64,000 nt of DNA, from assembly GCF_964355755.1 (NCBI RefSeq), contig NC_092676.1, positions 29,034,871 to 29,098,870 of the forward strand, written 5' to 3'. Under the pieces are notes generated by a model. It was not told the DNA's origin. It did not search any database and saw nothing but the letters and a program-made list of their open reading frames with translations. The stretch's first letter is position 1, and each line of letters begins with the position of its first letter. The position numbers and the translations under genes were made by a program. The stretch comes from Antedon mediterranea (taxonomy: Eukaryota; Animalia; Echinodermata). This document shows positions 25,401 through 37,800 of the stretch, in pieces.

Positions 25401-25972
25401 CCGGGTGATGTTGTCGCGCTTCGATGAATCTCAGAAATCACAAATGACCGCTAGAGGGCTCACTACTTTTTGTCTAGTCTAAATGAATGTGTCTGGGAGA
25501 CGAGGTCACCCAGTATAAATAAAATATTTCAATTCAATATAGTCAAATTATAGCATTAATACAAGTCTATTTTCTCTCTTTTTTCAGATCAGAGAAACTA
25601 GTTAGGCGTGGCATTCAAGAGGTTTTTGCAGCTTTCAGAATTCTAGTTGATTTCATAATAATCCTTGTACTTGAAACCATTCGGTTTTTAGCTTACAATA
25701 TCCTACAAACGTTAATCGTTGGTGTCTTTACTGTATTAGGTGATTATCTATTAAAACCTATATTAACCGGTCTATTCAACAGCATTCTTCAACCTATTTC
25801 AACGTTTGTTTACAATGTTGCTGTGGCAACTCGGACAGTAATGGTACCAGTTGGGGATACTTTAAAGATCATCTTCACACCTTTGATAATGTTAGTGAAA
25901 GCTTTTAGGTTATTTGAAGTAAACTTAAGGAGTAATAAGCCGGAAAATATACACCAGATTGAAGATGTTTGA
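19453..25972 (+). CDS. Uncharacterised ~448-aa protein; acidic/disordered N-terminus, hydrophobic amphipathic caveolin-like C-terminus
   Basis: Nine exons with consistent phases and no internal stops: 19453-19485, 20813-20975, 21280-21385, 21594-21736, 21989-22075, 22257-22367, 22498-22726, 23025-23114, 25588-25972 (TGA); 1347 nt in total. Last exon encodes SEKLVRRGIQEVFAAFRILVDFIIILVLETIRFLAYNILQTLIVGVFTVLGDYLLKPILTGLFNSILQP...KAFRLFEVNLRSNKPENIHQIEDV*. Exon 1 is the least certain. Confidence 0.8.
19858..20641. mobile_element. Non-autonomous TIR element, Ginger-like (TGT...ACA ends, 4-bp TSD)
   Basis: ~67-bp near-perfect TIRs TGTTATGCGCGATTTGAACGATTTGCGCAATTTGAAATTGCGC..., TSD TATT at 19854-19857 and 20642-20645, subterminal arrays of TTGCGCAA. 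Confidence 0.8.
22052..22194 (+). repeat. 47-bp tandem triplication spanning an exon end and splice donor
   Basis: gatgtgtctactaaacaagagagtaagtattcctatcaataatatgt at 22054, 22101 and 22148. Confidence 0.95.
23190..23324 (+). mobile_element. Deu/Nin-domain SINE fragment, interrupted; tail resumes at 25496-25540
   Basis: ttcgagacgagtagggggttaccccggtgt resembles the Deu-domain core (AAGAGTAGGGG..CCCCGGTGT); related inverted copy at 53520-53690. Confidence 0.6.
23325..25491. mobile_element. 2167-bp non-autonomous DNA transposon with CAC...GTG ends, 4-bp TSD and RSS-like asymmetric TIRs (Chapaev- or Transib/RAG-related)
   Basis: TSD TCTG at 23321-23324 and 25492-25495. Left end CACACTC-21nt-ACAAAAAGT; right end (reverse complement) CACATTC-11nt-ACAAAAAGT. 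Removing the element restores the host SINE tail hairpin. No long ORF. Confidence 0.8.
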
Positions 25973-27560
25973 CTGTTTTATATGCTAGTTTATGTAAATG
26001 TGTTTATTAAGTTCATCTAATAAGACAAAGCTTAAGCCTTGTCCATAATTCCGTCCATTTCTATATAATTTTAAACGTTTTGATTTGTTATACAGCCTAA
26101 GTGTAGTGAGCTTTAGCTTGTTAAAAAATGAAAAATACTGTAATTAATTTTTTAAGAAGTTGAATGAATTTAGTACCGGTATCTGATATCCTAATGTACA
26201 ATACTAAATTATTCATATAGTACAGGTACTATTATTGTATCAAATTAATTAATCAGCCTTTGCTATATACCAAATATACAGTTGTTTTATAAAATAAATG
26301 TTACTCATATAAATATACATTTTAATGTTCCAAAAGAGTAAATGTATAAGCTTTCTTGCCAAAGTGTGATGGTATAGGCCTCTGTTTTAAAATCAGCTTA
26401 CCTCGACTATCAATCATGCCGGTGTACAAAAAGTAGTTTATAAAATAAATTGCAACATATTTTTGTAAACGGATAAATGTTTAAACAGATTACTGTAGTT
26501 TTTTTTCTCTTTTTATATATTTAATACCAAACTAGAGCTTATAAAGGAAGCACGTTTAGGAGTCACTATTATTTTGGAAAAAGGTAAATGAAATGAGAAA
26601 ATATTTATTTTTCAACATTCTCACTCCTGATAGGACGATTGAAGCATATTGATCAAGAAACTCAACAGTACATGTGATCTACCACAACATTTATATCAAC
26701 ATTTCTCCAATAAAAGTAATTAAATTACTGCAGGAGTTTGATATAATTATGTAAAATGGAGGAAAATAAATGCAATACTCAGAGAGTAATCCAAATGCAT
26801 GCAGAAATTAAAAGAAATATAAAGTACAGCACAGTACATGCAATATCATCAATTTAGACTGATTAACACAAAATGGCCGCCATCTTCACTGATTGCTGAG
26901 TTGAACAGAACAAAAGAAACTAAATGCAAATGCAAGTGGTTCTAACCACCTGCATTTACATAATATGCAAATACAGGGACATCTGAATAAATGGTTTACA
27001 AATATCCCCAAAACTGTATATAGAATAAAAACTGTAGAATGTGCATTAGTGAGAAATAAAATGGAAAACAACAAGAAATCAAAAGATTTGTAAGAAAATT
27101 GGACAAAAATAAGACACACAAGTCAAAAATTGCAAATGTTCAATTGCACATTTATGTATTGTTACTGTTAAATCTTTCATATATCAAACATTAATAAGGT
27201 TTAATGTTAGGATAAAACACAATGTCAAAGTTCAAGTTGTACCCCGACATTAAAATTTAAATTTCATACCTATTTATCAATTATTAATATTACATTTTGG
27301 TCCCTAATTAGCACTCTCACTGGTCTAGTGCAGTATATATTTGACCTATTGGACCATTTAAAAACACTACATTTTAAATTAAAAGAATATACTCTAATAG
27401 ATAATATGTTTATATATAATATGTATAAATTATTACAATGTAGTTTGTTCAATGCATAGAGGCAAAAGGTAAACTTTAATTTATTGATTTGTGATAAACT
27501 AAATCATGGTGATGAATACTGTAAACTAGAGGTTTTCTTAAGGTTTTAAGACTTTTCTTT

Positions 27561-27850
27561 CAGTAGAGCTCCTATTAAGGGGACACTTTTGGAACCCAAA
27601 CATGTCCCCTTAATAGAATATTGGTTGGTCTGTGGCGGATACAGGATTCCAGCCTGGTGACAGATTCCAGCCCTGTTGGGCTGTAGTGCTACTGAACACA
27701 TCTACTTCCCTCTAATCCATTTCACAGGTGTCCCACTAACAAGGGTTCCCTCTAATCCATTTCACAGGTATCCCACTAACAAGGGTTCCCTTAATTTATT
27801 TCACAGGTGTCCCATTAATAAAGGTGTCCCAAAGGAGCGTCATTATATTC
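27561..27850. mobile_element. Degenerate MITE-like element with ~39-bp internal repeats
   Basis: cagtagagctcctattaaggggacac... and repeated ttcacaggtgtcccactaacaagggttccc; related GGGACAC-containing relics at ~4630-4810 and ~54010-54095. Confidence 0.45.
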
Positions 27851-28195
27851 TACAACAGATAGTTGATTGTATATTAGTACATTAATTAATTCACTAAGTG
27901 TTTTGGAGTTTCTGTACGTAAAATTTATTACAATAATGTGTTCTATATTTTTATTTATACTTCTATTTATGATTTACTGTAGCTCCCTATGGGGCAGATT
28001 CAATTTCATACAAAAGGAAAGTGACATTTTGGAGTGATCACAAAAGACAAAAATTATTAATTCAACTAAAACTAAATTAATATACTTCATATCAATTTCA
28101 AATTAATGCATACTGGTTAGGCCACAAGAAATAAATGCTGAAAGTATCAACTAAAATGGTATGGCAATTAAGGTTAGATAATATACAACCTTTAG

Positions 28196-28431
28196 AGATC
28201 ATGTCTACATTATTCTACTGCAGTTACTGCAGTAACTCCATTTTTTTTATTCTTTAACCTGTACAGTATGTCAAGCCTTTGTGTAATCGTACACATTGCT
28301 TATTGTACAGTCTTATATATTCTTGAAACACAGTACAACCAGGGAAGAGTGAAATTACATGGTACAACCATACATTATTGCAGTAAAAAAATTCATTACT
28401 GCAGTAACTGCAGTATTAAATGACATGATCC
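28196..28431. mobile_element. Palindromic MITE downstream of the OSBPL8 stop codon
   Basis: Inverted ends gatcatgtc..tactgcagttactgcagtaa / ttactgcagtaactgcagta..gacatgatc. Confidence 0.6.
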
Positions 28432-28835
28432 CTTTATACAATGCTAATGGTGACTTACATTTAGTTTCTGACTGCTATAAAAAGCACACAATTCAAGAAT
28501 AAATATGTGAGAGGTCAAACAGGTCAAATTATCCTTGTGAACATACCGCAAACCAACACTTTGCTAGCTTACACCGATGCAGCACTCCATCTGTACCTGA
28601 GCTTACAAACCGCTTTAGCAGTCATAAATTTCGTCTCTATTTAGTCTTCAGCAGGCTTAGCCTTTCATCTCATTACGCCCCTGTACCCATGTTAACTAAC
28701 AACTACTACTGTAGCTGTGGTCTTTACTTTCACAGCCTTCAAATTTATACCAATTATAATTTATCTCAAACATTATCTATTTATTTTTTATACAAGGTTG
28801 GAATATTCCTAAAATTTAATAAATAAATCTATAAA

Positions 28836-31800
28836 TTATCGCAACAAATACCCAAGTATAACTTGACTAATGAGAAGCACTGCGATTATAAGTAGGTCTT
28901 TGGTTGAGATGCCGCCCTCTATATCACCTCTACGTCGCTGGTCATGCATGTGGCGTGCAATTGCCTCAAGACGACTGTTAACAAGTTCTAACTGAGCTTG
29001 TTGCCGTTTGTTTCCTTCCTGGATTGATGCTATAAGCTGATTGGATGTTGATCCTTGGATACGAGCACCAGCTTGCTTGGATTGATAAGATGGTGATTCT
29101 ATAAAAAATGTACAATTTCGCTACATTTAAATTGTTGTTTAAGCATTAAAAGTAACTTTAAAGTACATTTACACCCTTTTTGGTGACCACATATATCTAT
29201 CTGCAGTTTAAATTTGGTAAAGATCCCAGGGCCGTAGCCACCAGTACGGTTGGTAAGGTTTCAACCTGACCATTTTTTTACAGAAGCCTTTGACAACCCA
29301 GTGGCTTGAACAGAGATTTTTCCCTTTTTATGTGAAAACTGGACCACTTTATTTCTTGTGGCTACATCACTGGATCTGTAGTGTAGTTTTTACGTTATCC
29401 TGAGACAAACACAACCACATAAAAAAAGAGAAAAATCTACCAATAACTTACTTTCATTCTCTGATACCGAGTGTCTATCAGGCTCCGGTGTTGAACACTC
29501 ACTCTCACGATCTACATCATGAAGAGGTCGTAAACTCAACGACGTTCTGCCTTCGTTAACTTTATCTCGCGCCCGTAGAATTGATTCTTGTTTCTTTAAT
29601 CTCTTGTCAACGTTTCCTTGTTGTAATCCTTTCGGTAAGCTGACGATACTAGTGGCGCGGACAATTGCGGTTTTGTGTCGCGTTCTCGTTTGTATGACAC
29701 CATTGTACTCAAATTCTTCAATGTCATTCTGTGGATCCCATGGTCTGTTACTAAAAGAAATAAAGCAGTATTTGGTAGTTAATTGAATCCTATACTTATA
29801 CTGCAGCTACATTACATTGCTGCAGTCTGTCTATTGCAACACCAGATATTGATACTGTATAAAACACCTGTGCCTTTGTAGACATGTAATCTAGTATACC
29901 TACTGTATCAATAAGGGTTTGAGATTGAATATTTGAATTCTATAATTATAATGTGCTACATTACATGGCTGCAGTCAGTCTATTGAATGTACCTTTAACA
30001 ATAGATATTGATGCATTAAGCACCTGTGACTAAAATCTGACATACTGTATTAACTAGTACAAGTGTTATTTACAGCAGTAGCAATGAATGTCTTTAACTT
30101 ACTCCATATGTTTATAAACCCAATCACCAGTGATTTCATCTAATTCAAACAACTTAGGAACCCATTCTTGATTTTTAACCTTGCGTTCTTTGTGACCCTT
30201 TCTCTGCTCTTCCTCAAGAAGATACTTCTCATGCGTAGCTGCTGTCTGGTCACCTTTCTTTATAGCTTCAGCTACATGGACCCATAACCTGCAGAAAACA
30301 AAATGGAGATTAAGCCTATCGTAGCACCTGCCAAATCATCTTATGCTCTGTCTGCACTATCAAACTCAAAAAGTGTGATGTGCATATTACTACCACTTTG
30401 GGTACATCACACTTTTTTTCTCAAACTAGTTTGATAGTGTAGACAGAGCTTTAGAAAGATGGAGAACAAATCTATCTTTTAACACCAACCCTAACCTTGG
30501 AAAAAAATTGTTTGAAAAAATTATATAAATAATAAAAATCAAATATAAAACTCACTTTTCCGATTCAAAATTACCCTGTTCATCAAAAGACACTGTCGAC
30601 CTAGGTAACCTCTTAGATCTGACCTCTGGGGTCACAGCCCAAAACAGTTCTGATTCCTACAAAATTAGAAAGAAAATAAATAAAACAAAGCAGATACTGT
30701 ATAATATAACTGTTCTTATAATCCAATAAATTTATTACATTTTACTGTAGTAGTAAAAATAAAAATATTTACCCCTGTTCTCTTGTTTTTCATATAAATT
30801 TCTTCATCCTGAAAAAACACAAATGTAAGAGTTACCAATTTACTTACTTACTTACTTACCTACTTAATTAACTTGATTTATTTCATATACTGCTTGTTCA
30901 GAATGTTTGTATAATGTCGCACCAACAAATAAACCACATATAGACTTACCCATTGTCCTTCTAACGTTGCTAGGGTGTCTTTACCAAACTTGAGTTTTCC
31001 GGTGATTTGATTCCATGATCCACCAAGGAATGGCTGCAAAAAATGAACAATTGGATAGATACTAATTCTGCTGTGTTGTGTTGTTATCGAGACAATAGAT
31101 AATATAATAATAATAATAATAATAAATAACATTTATAAAGCGCAAGAGACAAAGGTTTCAAAGCGCTGTGTTTTCCAAGATCTGTGCAAGTAATAGCGTG
31201 TGATTATGCTTCTCTGAAGATGTTACTACATTGAATACACTCTTTATATTTCCTCTAAATTCTCTTACCTTAAGTTTAAAGTCAAGTTCTGCTCTATAGC
31301 CAGTTTTCTCGCATTCTATAGATACTTTCCCCCCATATTCCATCGTTAATGTACCATATAAAATGCCTGATAAAAAGGATATGTACAGTTTAACAAAAAA
31401 CAACAACAAATTTATTTACCATCTTTATTGAGGGTGGCTTATCTAGTTCCAGTGAAGAAATTGATCATTAAGGGTATAAAGTATTTACATTAAAATAATT
31501 TGAGTTAGCATCCATAGCCTAGGTGCATATCTACTAAACCATAATTGATTTTCAATGTAAAATATATGAAAGGCTTAAGTAAATACTTAACTAACCTTTA
31601 CAATTTGCATACGGCATAGTTATAAGGTAGTCTTCTCCACGGGTAAGGAATGTGAGCTTGCCAACGCCATCCATGAGAGCTGATACAGAATTACCATAGA
31701 ACTTTGACTTGGCTAGAATACCACCACTTATACAGAAACCATCCTTGCGGTTTGATATGTGAAAGACTGAGATCGGCGGGTGATGCGAAACCTAGAAAAC

Positions 31801-34800
31801 ACATTATTCATTAAAAAAGGTGTATCAATTGGTACGGCACTAAGAGTAACCTGTATTGAATTAAAACCGTTGGATAGGCTACAAATAAGTAAAAAGGCTG
31901 AGAGGATATATTTATTCTTACCTGCTCTGCAATGTAGAACGTCCTACTGTTCGTCTTAGCGTGTGTCCACAAACAACGGTACGTCTCTCCTATGATAGGG
32001 TTGTAAGGTTTCTTTAAACCCTGAAACAAATCAAGCATATCATATTAATATTTTTTTATATACGTCCAGTTTACTATTTATTGTCCTTGTAAGACTTTAA
32101 TTGTAGATCTTATTTTTGAATGTAATTCTAAATTGTTTTCAACTTACTTTTGGTTTTTTATAAAATCCAGATAGATACCACTTAACCACTGATTTCATTC
32201 TAGTGTAAGGATTCTCTTCTATAGCAGCTCTGAAAAATAAATTTTTCTTTAACTTTTTTTTTATATTTCATACTCATCCAAATTACAGGATAATTTTAAA
32301 ATAGCACCATCCTTAAAGCTCTGTCTACACTATCAAACTAAGTGCGATGTGTCCAAATATGGTAGTGATATGACATCATTGTGTCCAAATGGACATAATT
32401 TTTTGTCACATAAAGTTTGATAGCGTAGACAGAGAGCTTAAGAATAAAAAAAAACATACTCAGACAACATATCAGCATGATAGTAGAAATCCGTAAGCTT
32501 GTCTAGAAGTGACCTAGGTTCAAGTATAAAGGTCGGTAGTACGACCTTTGACAGGTCCATTCCAGGTCGTACTTGCTTTATTAATCCCCATATAAGACCT
32601 TTGTTTTCTTCACCTAGAGTTTCTGATTGTGTATTCTCCTGTGGAATTAAATAAATGAATGGAATGTTTATTTAAATATCCTTGAAATTGTAATTAAATA
32701 CTGTTGTAATATGGTTTGAATTGTGAGAATTTATTTATTTATTTCGGTATAAAAATATAATACAAAAAGGAGCAAAAGCTGAAAGCATTGTATGTACACA
32801 CTAAAAATATTATGGGCAGCACACACAAGGAAAAACAATACATTAGTAAGCAAAAACAAGAACCATATACAAATACAGACAATTGTCAGACTACACATTG
32901 CTATAGTAATCTGCACCTGCCCAGCATTTTTCATCTATATTGTATTTAAAACATAGGTCATTTATTATCATACTATCTCTTTGTAAGTCATATATTAAGT
33001 ATATTGTTTAGCATACCAAACCTTAGAAGATGGTTAAATTGGAATGAATTTCTCTTTTTGAAAAATAATATATGGCCTTACAACAAGCATTTCTTTAATT
33101 CTAAATATTTAATCATGAATCAGTTTATACTTCATAATAATAATACTAATCGTACCAAACCAAGTTCCTCTGCTTCATTCAATACATAAGTGGTTTCTCT
33201 TAGTGGGACTGGTAACGGTTCTACACTGTCTTCCTCCTCTGACATTTCCGAGTCAGACTTACTTTCTTGGTCCTTCTCCTCATCTTTCTCAATATCAGAT
33301 TCATCCAAGCCTGAGAGAAAGCGAAGGTCATAAAAGGTCCTAAATTACTATTAAAACTCATTTGTGATACCAGATTTGTTGTTTTGTAGTTGTTGTTGTA
33401 CTTGCTTGTTTTATTTGGGATCTTGCACACAACAAGAAACATTGTTTTCTTCTAATACAAGATACTTAATAATGGTCTTTAAAATGGCTTCATTATATTA
33501 TGTATTGTTTATGTTGCCATTATTGAAATAATAAAGGTTCTTCTTGAATTTCATCTTAGTTCTTGTAAAAACCAAACATTTTAGCCCAATCTTAGTACTA
33601 AATTTAACAGTGTCCGTTTTTGTTCGTTTTATTTTAAATTTTTCGAAAACTTCTACTGTACCTTGGTTGGCAAAGTGTTTCTCAATTTCCGATTCATCGA
33701 GTGAATTAGTTTCAAGCTGGAAAGACTGTGTGAGTAGATTAGTGTCGATCTGTCCGCTGTCTCTCATCGACTTCATTAAAAGACTAGAGCATCGTAACGC
33801 CAGCTCCAAGGCATCCATCCAACATTTGCCGTCAGCTTCCGATGGCGCCCGGAATATTAAGTAGTTATTAGGCAGTGGGATTGTAAGCGCTCCCATGGAT
33901 TCACCTTTAGGCCCCTAACATGAATAATAATAAAAAAGTTTTATTTTTTTATTTTTTAAAAATTTATATCATAATTTAGGCAAATTGCCAAGAATAACCA
34001 TAAGCAAAATCATTCACTATACTTCGTAAAGGTGGCAATCCTGTTCAGAAGACATACATACTTAAGATGCTCTAGGTAAACAAAGTCTTACTACAAGTCT
34101 TTTGAAGTGAAGCTGTAATTTGTCATTAGAAAAAAAATCTGACATATGACAGGACTTGGACCCAGGACCCTTGGATTGGCAGCCAAGCATCATAACCACC
34201 AAGCCACAACTCTACTAAATAAATTGATGCTATAACACTATAAACATAATGTAGACACTTTTTTGTAATGTTTTTGTTTTTGAGTTCGTATTGTGTCCGT
34301 TGGATATTGTGCTCCGCCAACAGAGCAGAGAATTTCTATGTTTTTTCTTAAAACAATTGAAAATAAATGATACTTGACTTGATTATTATTCCTTTAAAAA
34401 AACATTGGAACTTGTAAATTGCATATTTTTGTTTTATATACATTGTTTCAGAATTGTTATATTTTGCACAGTACCATGAAAAAAAGTATATTCCTGAAAA
34501 AACTATTGAACTATGATATTTACAATTAAGAATAGTAGGAAATAGCAATTACTTAAAAATCAATACTTATTATTAATTTATTGTTTCTAAATTGATATTA
34601 CAACTCAAACAATAAATAGAAATATGAATAATACAATAAGATATGAGAAGGAATCTATAAATATAGATGGCCTTAACCGTGGATCTTTAATTGCAAGGAT
34701 TTTTCTCATTCGTAATAGTGTTTGGATCAATATACTGTAGTACATCAGGCAGACATAACACATTGCTGCATTCAAATAGCTGGATCATTGCAGAGTTTTG

Positions 34801-37800
34801 AAACAGTGCTGTCTGTTAATAAGAGTATCTGTGGTCTACTTTTTTTCTTGTCTAGTTCAGTTTTTATTTATCTATTTCTTCTTTATATTGGTGATGGTGA
34901 TCTCTTTCGTGTCAAAACTGTTAACCTCCTAGAGGTCAAACTACAGGAACTTAATGCAAATGTATGTGGTAGGGTTGTCAAGAAAACTCAGATCTTAGAT
35001 ATATCTGAGTTTTCTAGACAACCATGTGGTAACTCATTTTAAACAATTTTAAGTTGGCCTATTAATCATAAAATGCATTTCAACTTACCTTAGTGGCCCA
35101 AACAGATTGGTCCAATGGATGATAAAGTTTAAAACAGAAGCCATCCTTCTTTGACGGACGCTCTATCAATTCACATGTATTTAATAATATAGTTCCAACC
35201 CACTGACCATGCTAAAAATATATATAAAAAGTTATTATTTATATAAAGGTTAATTTGACTATTTGTATGCATGTATTAAATTACAATAGTAATAGATGCA
35301 CATTAAAGCAATTAAATCTTCCCAAATACTAATTATACCATTTGCTAGTGTAAACTGAATTTTATTTTAACTAAAGTTCAATATCAGGGGCACATCCAAG
35401 GGATCCAATTTAACAAATTGTAATGCAAAAGATTGGACATCAAATTAAGTTCAGCACTTCATTGCACTACTTGTAGTAGGCCCTCCCCCCACCCACCCAC
35501 TATTTAAAAAAAAATCCTGGATTAGCCACTGAATATTATTATTTTAAGCAAATCCAGGCTATGTTCAGACTTCCTTACAGAGCCTCTCTCTATGATATGC
35601 TATTTGGGTAAAATTTACAAGTTTCAACATAGTCTCTCAAACATGCATCATGCATAGCCAGCACGTAAACTGTAGAATGATTCTAATATTATTGATCATA
35701 TTACATAAGCAGTAAGCCAAGTGCACAGCTAGAATCTAAAATATCATCATTAACGTAATTGCTATTTTGAGCCACGTTATCGTCAAAACCATAAAACCAA
35801 TCATATATTCCTGCGGACGTCATTTATGTTGATTTTATTCATAAAGCTTTAAAAAATTGTTGATGGGTCTCGTTTCAGTTGCAGTTGACATTTAGTTCAA
35901 TAAAAACAAACAGCATCATTTTATCTTTTGTCCAATGTAAACCATCACAGTTTTATTAGCAATGTAAACAGGAGTTTTATACAAAAATGTTAAAGGTTAA
36001 ATCACCATTCTAACAATAGCAATTATGACCATAGTATAAAACCATCACAGTTTAGTAAAGATCACAGAAGTTTAGTTCAATACTATAGCAAGCTTTCATT
36101 TCAGGACAGTAATTTTTACAAAAGATTAATTTTTAAAGATAGATTGTCCCCCTGAAAAAATAAATAAAAATGTTTTTGTTGAATATGCCATTTTAATGTC
36201 ACATAATAGTTATTTACTTTGACCAAAAGTTGGATTATTAATCTTAATTTTTCATGTTTTTGGGGACAATACATCTTTAATCTGTGCATTCCCAGTCCAC
36301 ACTCATTCTGTTCGGTGTCTGGACTGTATTTAGCCGATTTACCAGTCATTCTTCGTTCAATAGTCATTCTACTAAAGCTTGTCTTTTATTTTTACCTTTG
36401 GTCCTTTATATAGTATAAACAATCCTGGCTTCAACACACACCACAGCTTGGTCCAGCCTTTTAATGTACCTCGAACCTAGAAAACAAATCAAGGATTCAA
36501 AATGATAATGACTCATAAACTTGGGATGGGAGTGAGTATATATACCTCATTAACACAATGTTGCAGGTAGGCCATATATAAATATTATCATGGGTCATTC
36601 AGAAAAAAATCAAGTGGGCTTTATTCAATTTATTAAAATTGTTATTAATACACTGTATATACAATTTTGTGGGTCAAAAATAATAGGTTGGCCATCTTAT
36701 ACACTACTTTATTTATCTACGAAGGCAGGATGGTTTTTTCCTTGGGCCGTGCAATGATAATCATCCCAATAATTTTATTTATTTTATGTCTTTAGGCAAG
36801 CCAAGGATTACCAGTACTGTAGTAAATTAATCACTGTCCTAATCAGGTATGTGGTAAATCCCCCTTATAATAAGCCCAAGGTGGGCTTAATATTGTATAT
36901 TGTACCCTTGTCAACTGACTGAATCAACTGATTTATACTGGATATCCTGGATATAACTTCTACTATTAGTGAATGTGAAAATTAAATATTTCTTCAAAGT
37001 AATGATGTGGACAAACATGATTTCACTGGCAAAAAACTGATCTACAATGAATTCGTCCCAGTTTTACCAACGTTTAATATTTCATATCCTATTGTATACT
37101 CCTTGTATAAATTGTAATGATTCAAAGTCACGAAGAGTGCTCATGTGAAAGCATACATTCAATTTCAAATAATGAATTTTTTAATAACACACAAAAAAAA
37201 TCAATTTACGTATCGTGTTTCAAACAACAATTTAAAGAAAACGCTAATGAATTTCATGCAACTGGTAATAGTCTCGGAATGTTGTAAACTGGAACTGTTG
37301 TAAGTGATGTGATTCGGTGATGCTTACTCTAGTAGTAATTTAATCTGACTGATATAGTCCACAATTTAAAATCAATTTTTAATTTACTAAATATTCCACT
37401 AAGCCAAAGTAAATACAGGGTGTTCTTTTCAACCTCAAGGGATACAGAATGATGTTAATAATAACTACTCTGTACTCTCAATGAGTTACAAATAAACTTC
37501 CTATATGAAATACTCTCCTTGCAATTCAATCATTTTTATGTTCCCCAGAATCGCGAAAAGTTATGTGGTCGATCACATGTGTGTGTGTTTCTTTCTGTAT
37601 TTATTAGTTACTGTAGCAGGATTACTCAAAAAGTTATTGTCTGATTTTCATAAGATTTCAAAGGATGGTCTCATAGCTGGCAACATGCCATTACATTTTC
37701 ATATGCCTAGGCGAAGGTTTGCGCTCTCTTCTAGTTTTGAATTTCTTTTGGGACACAATTTTGAAGCCATACATTTATTTTTAAAATGAATGTATATCCT

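Noticed and set aside
23325-25491. Autonomous RAG1/RAG2 or transposase gene
   Set aside because: No ORF of 60 aa or more is listed in this interval and no catalytic DDE region is recognisable; only the ends and a doubtful zinc-motif relic are visible. The TSD is 4 bp, not the 5 bp expected of Transib/RAG.
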